A stretch of DNA of 64,000 bases from Hydrurus foetidus (taxonomy: Eukaryota), in the NCBI GenBank assembly GCA_900617105.1, contig UYFQ01000001.1, positions 1 to 64,000 on the forward strand, written 5' to 3'. Of this stretch, positions 1 through 10,272 are shown one piece after another. Both the position numbers and the translations under genes were made by a program. The notes below the pieces were generated by a model, which was not told where the DNA came from, searched no databases, and was given only the letters and a program-made list of their open reading frames with translations. Positions within the stretch are counted from its first letter, which is position 1. Each line of letters opens with the position of its first letter.

Positions 1-1241
1 GCCAAGCCTTTTTTGACCAAATAGTCGGCCAAATCGGTTGCCGTGGCGTAGCCCTTGCGGGCCGCCAGTTCCATCGCTTGGGGTTTGACGGTGATGCCGC
101 CTTCTTTGGCACCTGTTGCTGGATTGACCTGCCCGCCCACCATCTCCGCAAAAATGCGCAGTGTGTCTTTGAGCGTGTCCACGGTGTCAAACAGCGGCTC
201 TTTGTCTTCTTGGTTGTCTTTGTTGTAGGCCAGCGGTTGGCCCTTCATCAGTGTGATGAGGCCCACCAAATGGCCGACCACGCGCCCGGTTTTGCCACGA
301 GCCAACTCGGGCACATCGGGGTTTTTCTTTTGCGGCATGATGGAACTGCCCGTGGTGAAGCGGTCCGCAATCTGGATGAAGCCGAAGTTTTGACTCATCC
401 ACAAAATCAGCTCTTCCGAAAGGCGGCTGATGTGGACCATCACCAGCGCGGCGGCGGCGCTGAATTCGATGGCGAAGTCACGGTCACTCACCGCGTCCAG
501 GCTGTTTTGGCAGACGCAGGGCTGGCCTTGCTCGTCCACCATGCCGAGCAGGGTGGCCACCAGTTCACGGTCTAGCGGGTAGCTGGTGCCTGCCAGTGCT
601 GCGGCACCCAAGGGCAGGCGGTTGACCCGGCGGCGCACATCGGACAAGCGTTCTGCATCACGGGCAAACATTTCCACATAGGCCAGCAGATGGTGGGCAA
701 AGCTCACGGGCTGGGCCACTTGCAGGTGGGTGAAACCGGGCAAGATCACTTCCACGTTTTTGGCGGCCACTTCCACCAGCGCTTGCTGTAATTCCACCAG
801 CAGGCCGCTGATGAGGTCAATCTCGTGGCGCAACCACAGGCGCACGTCTGTCGCCACCTGGTCGTTGCGGCTACGGCCTGTGTGCAGGCGCTTGCCCGCC
901 TCGCCGCCACCGGCTTGTTGGATGATCTGGGTCAAGCGTGCTTCGATGTTGAGGTGAACGTCCTCTAAATCGAGCTGCCAGTTGAACGCACCTGATTCAA
1001 TCTCTTGGGTGATTTGCGCCATGCCCTTTTGGATGGAGGCGTGGTCGTCCCCAGAGATAATCCCTTGCGTGGTCAGCATCTGCGCATGGGCCAGCGAGCC
1101 GGCAATGTCAGCTCGCCACAAGCGCTTGTCAAAAAAGACGCTGGCCGTGTAGCGTTTGACCAAATCGCTCATCGGTTCGGTGAACAAGGCAGACCACGCC
1201 TGTGATTTGGTATCGAGTTGGTTTTTGGACAAGTTGGACAT
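1..1241 (-). CDS. argH: Argininosuccinate lyase (3' end runs off the window; alternative start 1253)
   Basis: Manual minus-strand translation: [42 protein letters not shown], later [24 protein letters not shown] and the fumarase-superfamily signature [12 protein letters not shown]. Absent from the ORF track because it has no stop in the window. Confidence 0.95.
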   Translation of the reverse strand, partial: MSNLSKNQLDTKSQAWSALFTEPMSDLVKRYTASVFFDKRLWRADIAGSLAHAQMLTTQGIISGDDHASIQKGMAQITQEIESGAFNWQLDLEDVHLNIEARLTQIIQQAGGGEAGKRLHTGRSRNDQVATDVRLWLRHEIDLISGLLVELQQALVEVAAKNVEVILPGFTHLQVAQPVSFAHHLLAYVEMFARDAERLSDVRRRVNRLPLGAAALAGTSYPLDRELVATLLGMVDEQGQPCVCQNSLDAVSDRDFAIEFSAAAALVMVHISRLSEELILWMSQNFGFIQIADRFTTGSSIMPQKKNPDVPELARGKTGRVVGHLVGLITLMKGQPLAYNKDNQEDKEPLFDTVDTLKDTLRIFAEMVGGQVNPATGAKEGGITVKPQAMELAARKGYATATDLADYLVKKGL

Positions 1242-1291
1242 AGGGACAGACATAGGGATAGGGTAGACGTGTAAACCTGTGGCTTCACACA

Positions 1292-2356
1292 ATGAAAGAT
1301 TCGCAAATTTTATCGGCCTTCCTCCCTCCGTCTGACGGCGCACCCGTTGCACCGGGCCGCAGTGCCGCATCCTCCTTGGTTTTTGATGCCTGCCAAGTCG
1401 GTGTGGTGTTGCGTACCGTGCTGTTTGTCGAGGTGGTGATCGGGGTTGCGGCGATGTTCAGCACCGCCACGCTGTGGGACTGGCTGGCCACGGTATCCCT
1501 GCTGACCAGCGGCGCATTGACCGCCACGCTGGGTTGGTTGATTGCCGTGTGCAGCCTGAAAAAAGTGCTGGCCCGCATTCCCCTCGTGGCGCAGTACAGT
1601 GTGGGGATGCTGCTGGGGGCCGCGGCTGGGCTGTACGGTTGCGGCTTGTTGGCGTTGACCGGGTTCAGTGCAGCCGCGCCCTGGCTGGCCAGTGCCGCCA
1701 GTGGCGCATTGTTGGCCAGTTTACTGATTGCCGCGCTGGTGTTGCGCGGCAAGGGCCACACGCCAGCGGCGACCACCGCCCGGCTGGCCGAGCTGCAAGC
1801 TCGCATCCGCCCGCATTTTTTGTTCAACACCTTGAACAGCGCCATCGCCCTGGTGCGTGCCGAGCCTGCCCAAGCCGAGGCCTTGCTCGAAGACCTGAGC
1901 GATCTGTTTCGCCACGCCCTGGCCGACCAAGGCGAATCGGCCACCTTGGCCCAAGAAATCACCCTGGCACAGCGCTACTTGGCGATTGAGCAGGTGCGTT
2001 TTGGCGAGCGCTTGCAGCTGGAATGGGCGCTTGACCCCGCTGCCAACGAGGCCCGCTTGCCCCCGCTGCTGCTGCAACCCCTGGTAGAAAACGCTGTCAA
2101 ACATGGCGTAGAGCCCAGTGCCGACGGTGCCCAGCTCAAAATCTCCACCCAGCTGCGCGGCAGCCGTGTCGTCATCAAAGTCAGTAACACTGTGCCTTCT
2201 GGCCCCGGCGAGCCCGGGCAGGGCTTGGCGCTTGACAACGTGCGCCGCCGCCTCAGCCTGCTGCACGATCTGCACAGCAGCTTTCACGCTGTGCTGAAAG
2301 GCGGCGTGTACCACGTCCGTATCGACATCCCTGCCGCTGAAAAGACGACACCCTAA
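1292..2356 (+). CDS. LytS/AlgZ(FimS)-like sensor histidine kinase
   Basis: N-terminal TM segments; [15 protein letters not shown] and [14 protein letters not shown] motifs; divergent from argH and followed by a LytTR regulator, as in the argH-algZ-algR arrangement. Confidence 0.9.
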   Translation: MKDSQILSAFLPPSDGAPVAPGRSAASSLVFDACQVGVVLRTVLFVEVVIGVAAMFSTATLWDWLATVSLLTSGALTATLGWLIAVCSLKKVLARIPLVAQYSVGMLLGAAAGLYGCGLLALTGFSAAAPWLASAASGALLASLLIAALVLRGKGHTPAATTARLAELQARIRPHFLFNTLNSAIALVRAEPAQAEALLEDLSDLFRHALADQGESATLAQEITLAQRYLAIEQVRFGERLQLEWALDPAANEARLPPLLLQPLVENAVKHGVEPSADGAQLKISTQLRGSRVVIKVSNTVPSGPGEPGQGLALDNVRRRLSLLHDLHSSFHAVLKGGVYHVRIDIPAAEKTTP

Positions 2357-2366
2357 AGAGCCAACC

Positions 2367-3236
2367 ATGACTTCAGCAGACAACCCTTTGCGTCCCCTGC
2401 GCGTGCTGGTGGTGGACGACGAGCCCCTGGCCCGTTCACGCCTGATCACGCTCTTGGGTGATTGCCATAACCCATCCATATCGGCTGTAGCGCAAGCGGG
2501 TAGAGCGGTGGAAGCTATGGAAATGATAGCGCATACTGTGGTGAACAAGGTGGTGCATGCGGCAGGCGATGGGCCGACACGCGGTGCGACACACGAAGTT
2601 GCGCAAGCGGCGTTCGATGTCATCTTGCTCGACATCCACATGCCAGGCATGAACGGCTTGAACTTCGCCCAGCACCTGCGCACCCTGCCCAACCCGCCCG
2701 CCGTGGTGTTCGTCACCGCCCACGCCGAGCACGCCGTGCAGGCTTTCGAGCTCGAAGCCGTGGACTACCTCACCAAGCCTGTGCGGTTGGAGCGTCTGCA
2801 AGCAGCGCTCCAAAAAGTGCAGCGCCTCCAGCCTATTTTGCAAGGCTTGCAGGCTGATTCAGCCTCAAATACAACCCTCAAGACTCCCTCACACACCCTG
2901 TTGATCCAAGACCGAGGCCGTGTAGAGCGCGTGCCGTTGTCGGATGTGCTGTATTTCAAAGCCGAGTTGAAATACCTCACTGTGCGCACAGCTGCCAAAA
3001 GCCACATTTTTGATGGCGCTTTGAATGAATTGGAAGCCCAGCATCCTCAGTTTTTGCGTATCCACCGCAACGCCTTGGTCGCCCGCCATGCCTTGCGGGC
3101 CTTGGTGCGTCAGCACAGTAGCGAGCTGGGCGAAGAAGGCGAGTTGTGGGTGGTGCGGCTGAATGGTGTTGAGGAAACTCTGGCTGTGTCACGGCGGCAA
3201 TTGGCGGCAGTGCGGGTGGTTTTGGCGCAGGGCTGA
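2367..3236 (+). CDS. LytTR-family (AlgR-like) response regulator
   Basis: REC domain (VVDDEPLAR, LLDIHMPGMNG, AVDYLTKPV) and LytTR domain (FLRIHRNALV, LAVSRRQ). Confidence 0.92.
   Translation: MTSADNPLRPLRVLVVDDEPLARSRLITLLGDCHNPSISAVAQAGRAVEAMEMIAHTVVNKVVHAAGDGPTRGATHEVAQAAFDVILLDIHMPGMNGLNFAQHLRTLPNPPAVVFVTAHAEHAVQAFELEAVDYLTKPVRLERLQAALQKVQRLQPILQGLQADSASNTTLKTPSHTLLIQDRGRVERVPLSDVLYFKAELKYLTVRTAAKSHIFDGALNELEAQHPQFLRIHRNALVARHALRALVRQHSSELGEEGELWVVRLNGVEETLAVSRRQLAAVRVVLAQG
2480..2531 (-). repeat. Dispersed ~50 bp motif copy, inside the AlgR-like CDS
   Basis: Core GCTATGGAAATGATAGC at 2514-2530; conserved flank to the left. Confidence 0.75.
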
Positions 3237-3250
3237 AGGTCACATTCGAT

Positions 3251-3901
3251 TTATCCCCGCAGTGTCGTTGCCTCCAGCGCCAGCGCGGTGATCCGCGCCC
3301 AGTCACCCTGCTCCATCGCGTCAGCGGGCACCAGCCACGAGCCACCCACACAGGCGACGTTGCGCAATGCCAAAAAGTCTTTCGCGTTGGCGACTGACAC
3401 GCCACCCGTGGGGCAAAACTTCACGTCACCGAACGGGCCACCCCAGGCTTTGAGCATGGCCAGACCACCGGCTTGCATGGCGGGGAAGAATTTGAGCTCG
3501 GTGTAGCCGTCTTCTTGCGCCATCATGATTTCGCTGCCTGTCGCCACGCCGGGCAGCAGGGGTAAACCCAGCACATGGCAAGCCTTGCCCACCGCGTGGG
3601 TGTAGCCAGGGCTGACGGCGAAACGCGCACCGGCGGCGACGGACGCTTGCGCATCGGCCACGCTGCGGATGGTGCCCGCACCGATGACGGCTTCGGGCAC
3701 GTCACGAGCGATGGCTTCGATGCACTGCAGGGCGACGGAGGTGCGCAGTGTCACCTCCAACATGCGGATGCCACCGGCCACCAGCGCACGCGCCATTGGC
3801 ACAGCGTGCTCTAGTTTGTGTAGCACGATGACGGGAATGACGGGTGCATCAAGCATCACGTCCAGCGAGGTCAGGCGGTCGGGCAAGGGTTTCAAAGCCA
3901 T
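3251..3901 (-). CDS. eda: KDPG/KHG aldolase
   Basis: LEVTLRT, GAGT, LKFFPA and FCPTGGV motifs; overlaps the edd stop. Confidence 0.95.
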   Translation of the reverse strand: MALKPLPDRLTSLDVMLDAPVIPVIVLHKLEHAVPMARALVAGGIRMLEVTLRTSVALQCIEAIARDVPEAVIGAGTIRSVADAQASVAAGARFAVSPGYTHAVGKACHVLGLPLLPGVATGSEIMMAQEDGYTELKFFPAMQAGGLAMLKAWGGPFGDVKFCPTGGVSVANAKDFLALRNVACVGGSWLVPADAMEQGDWARITALALEATTLRG

Positions 3902-5736
3902 GAGGAAGCTCCTTCTTCAGCGGTGAGCGCACTGCGGCGCATGTTGGTGAACAGTTCGCGGCCCATGCCGACGCTGTTGGCGGCGCGCAGGGCTTCGGGC
4001 ATCTGGGCGAGCGGGCGGGCAGCCCACTCGGCGGCATCGACGTTGACTTCCAGCGTACCGGCGACCGCATCAAGGCGAATCACGTCGCCGTTACGGACTT
4101 TGGCCAGCGCCCCACCGGCGACGGCTTCGGGCGACACGTGGATGGCGGCAGGCACTTTGCCGGACGCGCCGCTCATACGGCCATCCGTCACCAGTGCCAC
4201 GCGGAAGCCTTTGCCTTGCAGCACGGCCAGCGGAGGGGTGAGTTTGTGCAGCTCGGGCATCCCGTTGGCCTGCGGGCCTTGCCAGCGGACGACGCAAATC
4301 ACGTCGCGGTTCAGTTCGCCAGCCTTGAAGGCGACGTGCAAATCGTCTTGCGAATCGAATACGCGGGCAGACGCTTCGATGATGTGGCGATCGTCAGGCA
4401 CCGCCGATACCTTGATGACGCTGCGGCCCAGGTTGCCTTTCAGCAGTTTCAGGCCACCCGAGGCGCTGAAGGGCGCGGTGGCTGGGCGTACGATGCTATC
4501 GTCTTTGGAGTCGCCAGTGGCGTTCCACACCAGCTTATCGCCGTCCAAGGCCGGTTCGCAGGTGAAATCGCGCAGGCCGCCTTCGCGCACTGTCAACACG
4601 TCTTCGTGCATGAAGCCCGCGTTCAGCAGCTCTTGGATGATGTAGCCCGTGCCGCCTGCGGCCTGGAACTGGTTCACGTCAGCGCTGCCGTTGGGGTACA
4701 CATGCGACAGCAGGGGAACCACGTCCGACAGGGCGGCGAAATCGTCCCAGTCGATGACGATGCCCGCTGCACGGGCCACGGCCACCCAGTGGATCAAATG
4801 GTTGGTGGAGCCACCCGTCGCCAAGAGCGCGACCATCGCGTTGACGATGCAGCGCTCGTCCACCACCTGTCCGATGGGGGCGAAGCGGCGGGCTTTGGTG
4901 ATGGACAACACGGTGCGGGTGGATTCGCGGGTCAACTCGTCACGCAATGCGCCACCGGGGGCAACGAAGGCGGTGCCGGGCACGTGCAGACCCATCGCTT
5001 CGAGCAGCATCTGGTTGCTGTTGGCCGTGCCGTAGAAGGTGCAGGTGCCAGGGGCGTGGTAGGCCTTTCCTTCGGCTTCCAGCAGGGCTTCGCGCCCTAC
5101 CAAGCCTTGGGCGGCAAGTTCACGTACCTTGGATTTTTCGTTGTTCGACAAGCCTGACGGCATGGGGCCAGCAGGCACGAACACCATCGGCAGGTGGCCG
5201 AAATGCAGAGCGCCGATCAACAAACCGGGTACGATTTTGTCGCACACACCCAGCATCAGCGCGGCATCGAACATGTCGTGGCTGAGGGCAACGGCGGTGG
5301 CCATCGCGATCACATCGCGGCTGAACAGGCTGAGCTCCATGCCGGGCGTGCCTTGCGTCACACCGTCACACATGGCGGGCACGCCACCAGCGACTTGGGC
5401 GGTCGCGCCGCTGGCGCGGGCCTGGGCTTTGACGATATCGGGGTAATGCTGCAAGGGCGCATGGGCCGAGAGCATGTCGTTGTAAGCGGTCACTATGCCG
5501 ATGTGCGGCGCACGCTCAGTGACGACACGGAATTTGCTGATGCCTGTGACCGCTGTGGTTTTATCGTCCTCCGGCATTCCGGCAAAGGCGTGGGCGACAT
5601 TGGCGCAACCCATGCGCTCGTTACCCGGCGGGCGGTTGACTGCCTCGTTCAGGCGTTGCAAATAAGCGTTGCGTGTGGGGGCGCTGCGCTCAAGGATGCG
5701 CTGCGTGACGGCAGCGACGGTGGGGTGGAGTTGCAT
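3892..5736 (-). CDS. edd: Phosphogluconate dehydratase
   Basis: [44 protein letters not shown]; adjacent to eda. Confidence 0.96.
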   Translation of the reverse strand: MQLHPTVAAVTQRILERSAPTRNAYLQRLNEAVNRPPGNERMGCANVAHAFAGMPEDDKTTAVTGISKFRVVTERAPHIGIVTAYNDMLSAHAPLQHYPDIVKAQARASGATAQVAGGVPAMCDGVTQGTPGMELSLFSRDVIAMATAVALSHDMFDAALMLGVCDKIVPGLLIGALHFGHLPMVFVPAGPMPSGLSNNEKSKVRELAAQGLVGREALLEAEGKAYHAPGTCTFYGTANSNQMLLEAMGLHVPGTAFVAPGGALRDELTRESTRTVLSITKARRFAPIGQVVDERCIVNAMVALLATGGSTNHLIHWVAVARAAGIVIDWDDFAALSDVVPLLSHVYPNGSADVNQFQAAGGTGYIIQELLNAGFMHEDVLTVREGGLRDFTCEPALDGDKLVWNATGDSKDDSIVRPATAPFSASGGLKLLKGNLGRSVIKVSAVPDDRHIIEASARVFDSQDDLHVAFKAGELNRDVICVVRWQGPQANGMPELHKLTPPLAVLQGKGFRVALVTDGRMSGASGKVPAAIHVSPEAVAGGALAKVRNGDVIRLDAVAGTLEVNVDAAEWAARPLAQMPEALRAANSVGMGRELFTNMRRSALTAEEGASSWL

Positions 5737-5744
5737 GTTGAGCC

Positions 5745-5759
5745 CGTAACAAAATTACA
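5745..5759. promoter_or_regulatory. Putative HexR/RpiR-family operator upstream of edd
   Basis: Minus strand TGTAATTTTGTTACG, an imperfect TGTAA-N5-TTACA palindrome 9 bp from the edd start. Confidence 0.65.
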
Positions 5760-5850
5760 TGTTTCAATGGTAACTCGAATGGCTGACAAATAGCACCCCA
5801 GGCAGTTACGAACTGGTTCCCAAATGCACCAGCACATGGCGCGAACAGCA

Positions 5851-5885
5851 AAAAGGCCCATGCAGATCAACTGCATGGGCCTTTT
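5851..5885 (-). terminator. Intrinsic terminator downstream of the OmpA-domain gene
   Basis: Perfect hairpin AAAAGGCCCATGCAG-ATCAA-CTGCATGGGCCTTTT. Confidence 0.85.
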
Positions 5886-5926
5886 GTTCAGGGGAAACCG
5901 AGGGTGTCCGAGGGTGTCCCGAATAT

Positions 5927-6415
5927 TTACTGCACGCTGACTTCCACGCGGCGGGCTTCGGCGTTCGAGCCCGTGCCCGTCATGGCTTCAGGCTTCTTCA
6001 GCTCAACTTTGTCTTCGGTCACGCCCAGCGCTTTGAGCGCGTCACGCACGGCAAAGGCACGCAGCTTGGCGAGCTCTTCGTTTTTGGCCAAATCGCCGGT
6101 GGAGTCATGGAAACCACTGACCACGGCTTTTTTGCCACCGGCCACAGCCTTGATGATCTCAGCCAGCGCTTCGTTGCCACCGGATGCCAAATCAGACTTG
6201 GCGGTAGCGAAGTAGAACTTCACCACGCCGTTTTCGACCTTGACGCTGGCACCGTCTGCCTGTACAGCAGGCGCAGCCACAGCCACCACAGGTTTGGCTG
6301 TATCCATGTTGGTCTTGTAGATGGAGATGCCAATCACCAAGCCGATCACCAGGGCAATCACGCCGAATACCACGCCCAAAACCACACCTTGGTTGTCATC
6401 GTCAGAAGAAAACAT
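5927..6415 (-). CDS. Membrane-anchored OmpA-like domain protein
   Basis: One N-terminal TM helix; C-terminal FYFATAKS..VSGFHDSTG..NEELAKLRA..ARRVEV. Start placed at MFSSDDD. Confidence 0.88.
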   Translation of the reverse strand: MFSSDDDNQGVVLGVVFGVIALVIGLVIGISIYKTNMDTAKPVVAVAAPAVQADGASVKVENGVVKFYFATAKSDLASGGNEALAEIIKAVAGGKKAVVSGFHDSTGDLAKNEELAKLRAFAVRDALKALGVTEDKVELKKPEAMTGTGSNAEARRVEVSVQ

Positions 6416-6541
6416 TGCTTTTAGCTCCAAAAAATTTGTTCCCAGATTGTAATCAGCCGCCAACTAGGCCAAAGCGGAGGGAACGAAGCTCCGTACAAAC
6501 TGTCCGATACTGCGTAATTAAACTCTTTTTGGAGATCATGC

Positions 6542-7078
6542 ATGCGCACCTTGCTTGCTCCCGTTTTACTGTCCGTCGCCACTTTGTCCTTGACCGCTTG
6601 CGGCGGCATGATGGCCCACCACCAGCATGGCCCCAGCGCCACCAGCATCTTAGAAACCCGCAGCGGTTCCAGCGTCAGCGGTACGGTGAAATTCATGCAG
6701 CATGGCGACCATGTGATGGCCACCGTGGATGCGGCAGGCTTGAAGCCCGGCCAAGAGCATGGCTTTCACATCCATGACAAAGGCGATTGCAGCAGCCCAG
6801 ACGGCGTGAGCGCTGGCGGCCACTTCAACCCCACTGCCAAACCTCACGGCCCACAGACCAGTGATCATCACGGCGGCGACATGCCTGCACTGAAAGCCGA
6901 TGCAAGTGGCAAAACCACTGCCACCTTCCACCTGACAGGTGTCACTGTGGCTGACGGCCCCACCAGCATCGTGGGGCGCTCAATCATCGTCCACAAAGAC
7001 CCCGACGACTACACCACCCAGCCCACAGGGAACTCGGGTGCGCGTGTTGCTTGTGGGGTGATTGCGAAGGCGATGTAA
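6542..7078 (+). CDS. sodC: Cu/Zn superoxide dismutase, lipoprotein
   Basis: Lipobox LTAC; HGFHIH, SAGGHFNP, HGGDMP, IIVH and GNSGARVACG motifs. Confidence 0.95.
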   Translation: MRTLLAPVLLSVATLSLTACGGMMAHHQHGPSATSILETRSGSSVSGTVKFMQHGDHVMATVDAAGLKPGQEHGFHIHDKGDCSSPDGVSAGGHFNPTAKPHGPQTSDHHGGDMPALKADASGKTTATFHLTGVTVADGPTSIVGRSIIVHKDPDDYTTQPTGNSGARVACGVIAKAM

Positions 7079-7116
7079 GCCACGGTTGAATGTGTTGAAG
7101 GTGCGCTGTTTTGTGG

Positions 7117-7170
7117 TTTTCTATAGTCATCTATAGAAAACTATAATCCTCTATAGTCGCCTATAGAAAC
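7117..7170. repeat. Array of five CTATAG/CTATAA hexamers at exact 10 bp spacing upstream of the ATPase gene
   Basis: Hexamers start at 7121, 7131, 7141, 7151 and 7161; includes the inverted repeat TTTTCTATAG-TCAT-CTATAGAAAA; followed by RBS AGGAG. Confidence 0.9.
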
Positions 7171-7182
7171 CAGGAGCCCCTC

Positions 7183-8328
7183 ATGCGCGAAGTCTTTCAC
7201 CGCCACGCACTGGCTGCCAGCATGGCGCGGCAAATTTTGTCCAGCGCAGCCGCCTCAGCCTCCAGCTCGGGGCTGTTTTTGGCGGCCCCAAGACGCACGG
7301 GAAAATCCACCTTTTTGCGTGAAGACCTGCGCCCAGAGTTGGTTCGGTTGGGGGCCATCGTGGTTTACGCTGACCTGTGGGAAAACCGCAAAACAGACCC
7401 TGGTGAAGTCATCACCAAAGCCATCAAAACCGAGCTGGCAGCGCATGACGGCGTGATCGCCCGGCTAAGCCGTGCTGCGGGACTGGACAAGGTGAACATA
7501 GGCGGCATGTCTTTTGCGCTGGACAAAGTAGGCGTATCGAACGGCGTTTCTTTGAGCACAGCCTTTGTCGCACTCTCTGAAGTCACGCAAAAACCTATCG
7601 TTCTGGTGATTGACGAAGCCCAGCACGCCATCACCAGCGAGGGCGGCAACGATGCGCTGTTTGCCCTCAAAGCCGCCCGGGACGAACTCAACAGCAGCCA
7701 ACACCGGGGTCTGCGCATCGTCGCTACAGGCTCGAACCAAGACAAACTGGCCATGCTGCGCAACAGCAAAGACCAAGCCTTTTTTGGCGCACCGCTTGTC
7801 AAATTCCCCTCGCTGGGAAAAGACTACGTAGAGTGGTTTTGCACACAAGCGGAACTGCCCGCGCCGCTGAACGCAGACGTGGTGTTCGCGTTGTTTGTAC
7901 GGGCCTCTCATCGCCCTGAAATTTTGGGTGCCGCAGCAGACGCACTGCGCTTTGACTTTGAGCTGAACGCCGCCGATGTCCCTGATAAGTTCGCCCAAAC
8001 AGTGAACGACCACATCACCGCCTCAGACCAAGAATCCCTGCGCGTCGTCCACAGCCTGACCCCGCTGCAATCCGCCGTGCTGCGTGTGATGGCAAGCCAA
8101 GGCGTTAACTACGCACCGTTTGAGAGCAAAACCATAGCAGCCTATCAAGCCATGCTGGACAGTATGGCCCCAGAGAGCACACTCAAAGCAGACGTTCCCA
8201 ACGTACAGCAAGCGCTGACCGCCTTGCAAGAGAAAGCGCTGATCTGGCGGGCTGCGCGGGGGGTTTATGCGTTGGAAGAAAGCAGCTTGGCAGACTTGAT
8301 GGCGCAAGCGGGTATGGTGGCCGCCTGA
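7183..8328 (+). CDS. P-loop ATPase of unknown function, possible C-terminal winged helix
   Basis: Walker A APRRTGKS; Walker B LVIDEAQ; C-terminal VQQALTALQEKALIWRAARGVY resembles a wHTH helix and wing. Confidence 0.85.
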   Translation: MREVFHRHALAASMARQILSSAAASASSSGLFLAAPRRTGKSTFLREDLRPELVRLGAIVVYADLWENRKTDPGEVITKAIKTELAAHDGVIARLSRAAGLDKVNIGGMSFALDKVGVSNGVSLSTAFVALSEVTQKPIVLVIDEAQHAITSEGGNDALFALKAARDELNSSQHRGLRIVATGSNQDKLAMLRNSKDQAFFGAPLVKFPSLGKDYVEWFCTQAELPAPLNADVVFALFVRASHRPEILGAAADALRFDFELNAADVPDKFAQTVNDHITASDQESLRVVHSLTPLQSAVLRVMASQGVNYAPFESKTIAAYQAMLDSMAPESTLKADVPNVQQALTALQEKALIWRAARGVYALEESSLADLMAQAGMVAA

Positions 8329-8348
8329 ATCGTTCTCTGACAAAGCCC

Positions 8349-9233
8349 TCACAGCACCGCAGGCAACGCCTGACTTAAAAAATCGTACACCGCACGAATC
8401 CGTTTGCTGGTGCGAATCTCGCGGTGAACCGCCAGCCATACGGGCAGTGGTGGGATGTTCAGCATGGGCAGCAGCGCCACCAACGCTGGATCACTGCGAA
8501 TCAGAAAATGTGACGCAAATCCGATGCCGATGCCAGCACGCACAGCGGCCACGTTGGCCACCAAATCGTCGGTTCGGAAAACAAAATTCTCACGCACCAG
8601 TGCCATGCCATAAGTCTCAAAACCTTTGATGATGGCATCACTTTTGTCATAGCCTACCAGCGTGTGTTTGAGCAAATCAGCAGGCTCAAGCGGCGTACCG
8701 CAGCGGCGCAGATAGTCTGGGTGCGCATAGGCCCCCAAGGTGACAACGCCAATGCGCTTGGCGATCAGGCTGGATTGATCCGGTGGCACCATGCGAACCG
8801 CAATATCGGCTTCGCGCCGCAGCAAGTTGCTGACCTCGTTGCACGACACCAGCTCGATCTGTATATCGGGCAAGGCCAAGCGCATTTGTGCCAGCACCGG
8901 CGGTAGCATCACACAGGCCACCGGCTGGCTGGCCGTGATGCGCACTGTGCCCACCGTGCCCGCCTGCTCGCCTGAGACGCAACGCGCCAGTTGGTGGGCA
9001 CCCGTCTCCATGCTGCGGGCAGCATCGGCCAAGCGCAGCGCGGTATCCGTAGGACGCAAGCCCCGGCCTGTGCGCTCGAACAGCACCACGCCGAGTTGCG
9101 ATTCCAACTCCGCAATATGGCGCCCCACTGTGGGCTGGCTGGAAGGCAACGCACGGGCGGCACCCAGCAAGCTGCCATGTTCCAGCGCCGCGAGAAAAGT
9201 ACGGATCAAGCTCCAATCGAAGTGGCTATTCAT
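8349..9233 (-). CDS. LysR-family regulator
   Basis: FDWSLIRTFLA..GSLLGAARAL..SQPTVGRHIAELE..LFER HTH. Confidence 0.93.
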   Translation of the reverse strand: MNSHFDWSLIRTFLAALEHGSLLGAARALPSSQPTVGRHIAELESQLGVVLFERTGRGLRPTDTALRLADAARSMETGAHQLARCVSGEQAGTVGTVRITASQPVACVMLPPVLAQMRLALPDIQIELVSCNEVSNLLRREADIAVRMVPPDQSSLIAKRIGVVTLGAYAHPDYLRRCGTPLEPADLLKHTLVGYDKSDAIIKGFETYGMALVRENFVFRTDDLVANVAAVRAGIGIGFASHFLIRSDPALVALLPMLNIPPLPVWLAVHREIRTSKRIRAVYDFLSQALPAVL

Positions 9234-9323
9234 TTTTGAAATCCAGTTGTGCTCATTTAGACAATTGTGAAACCGAAGCATTTTTTTCACAATAGCTATA
9301 ACGCTTTTGAAAGAACCAGCACA

Positions 9324-10187
9324 ATGAACGCCACCCTCCCAGCCCCAGAAACCCACAAGCATTTCACCCCGTCCTTTGGCTTTGCGCAGGGGCTTGCCCG
9401 TGTGCGTCAGACTGCACCAGCGCTGTTTTGGGGCGGCGTGCTTATGCTGTTAGTCTCGTGCTTGACCCTGATCTTGTCGCTTTTCGACAGCCGAGAATTG
9501 CAGGGTGTTAGCGTCTGGCTCAAGCCCTGGAAGTTTCAGTTCTCCATCAGCGTGTATTTTTTATCGCTGGGTTTGTTCATGGTGTGGTTACCCCAGGCAG
9601 CACTGCGCACGTGGTCGGTACGCTATGTGGTGTGGGCAGCCCTGTTGAGCGGGTTGTTTGAAGTGGCCTACATCACCTGGCAGAGCGCGCTTGGCGAGAC
9701 ATCGCACTTCAACCTGTCAACCCCGCTGCACGCCATGATGTATTCCCTGATGGGTGTCGGGGCCGTGGTACTGACCAGCGCATCAGGCGTGCTGGGCGTG
9801 GTGATTAGCCGAAGGACCGACTATGGGCTGCCACCGGCGCTCAAACTGGCCATCGTGCTGGGCTTGTTAGGTACCTTGGTGTTGGGCACCGCTTTTGGCG
9901 GCTACCTGAGTGCACAACGGGCCGGTCACTGGGTGGGCGGTGCATTGACCGATGCGGGCGGCTTGCCTATTGTCAATTGGTCACGTAGCGGGGGTGATTT
10001 GCGGGTGGCTCACTTCTTTGGCATCCATGCGATGCACTTCATCCCGGCTTTCGCTTGGGCACTTGCTCTGCTGCAAACCCCTGAAAAGCGGGCTCTGCGT
10101 GCTGTGTGGAGTTTCAGCCTACTGTTTGCCATGTGGTGCACCTGGACTTTGGTGCAAGCCGTGCGGGGGCAGGCGTTTTGGGGTTGA
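9324..10187 (+). CDS. Hypothetical integral membrane protein
   Basis: Several hydrophobic segments; conserved-looking WLKPWKF and GGDLRVAHFFGIHAMH; divergent from the LysR gene. Confidence 0.75.
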   Translation: MNATLPAPETHKHFTPSFGFAQGLARVRQTAPALFWGGVLMLLVSCLTLILSLFDSRELQGVSVWLKPWKFQFSISVYFLSLGLFMVWLPQAALRTWSVRYVVWAALLSGLFEVAYITWQSALGETSHFNLSTPLHAMMYSLMGVGAVVLTSASGVLGVVISRRTDYGLPPALKLAIVLGLLGTLVLGTAFGGYLSAQRAGHWVGGALTDAGGLPIVNWSRSGGDLRVAHFFGIHAMHFIPAFAWALALLQTPEKRALRAVWSFSLLFAMWCTWTLVQAVRGQAFWG

Positions 10188-10272
10188 TGGCACAAGCGCC
10201 AATGCCGCACTGACTCGCTGGTGTGACTTGCTGACTTAACATGCTTCTTTTTACAACCAGGAAGACAACACC

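Noticed and set aside
78..1205. Plus-strand ORFs 78-575, 730-957 and 1005-1205
   Set aside because: Antisense shadows of argH.
5898..5919. Short tandem duplications (CCGAGGGTGT x2; also near 1238-1259 and 32788-32808)
   Set aside because: Two-copy micro-duplications consistent with slippage, with no evidence of function.
7121..7166. CRISPR array
   Set aside because: 6 bp units with 4 bp spacers are far too short, and there are no cas genes.
8122..8138. Further copies of the dispersed motif (8122, 31255 and 52783 regions; flank-only match near 2830-2870)
   Set aside because: Only one half-site or the flank matches, which is too degenerate to support by eye.
10188..10272. SAM/SAH riboswitch upstream of metY
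   Set aside because: The spacer is short and I could not recognise any conserved riboswitch elements.
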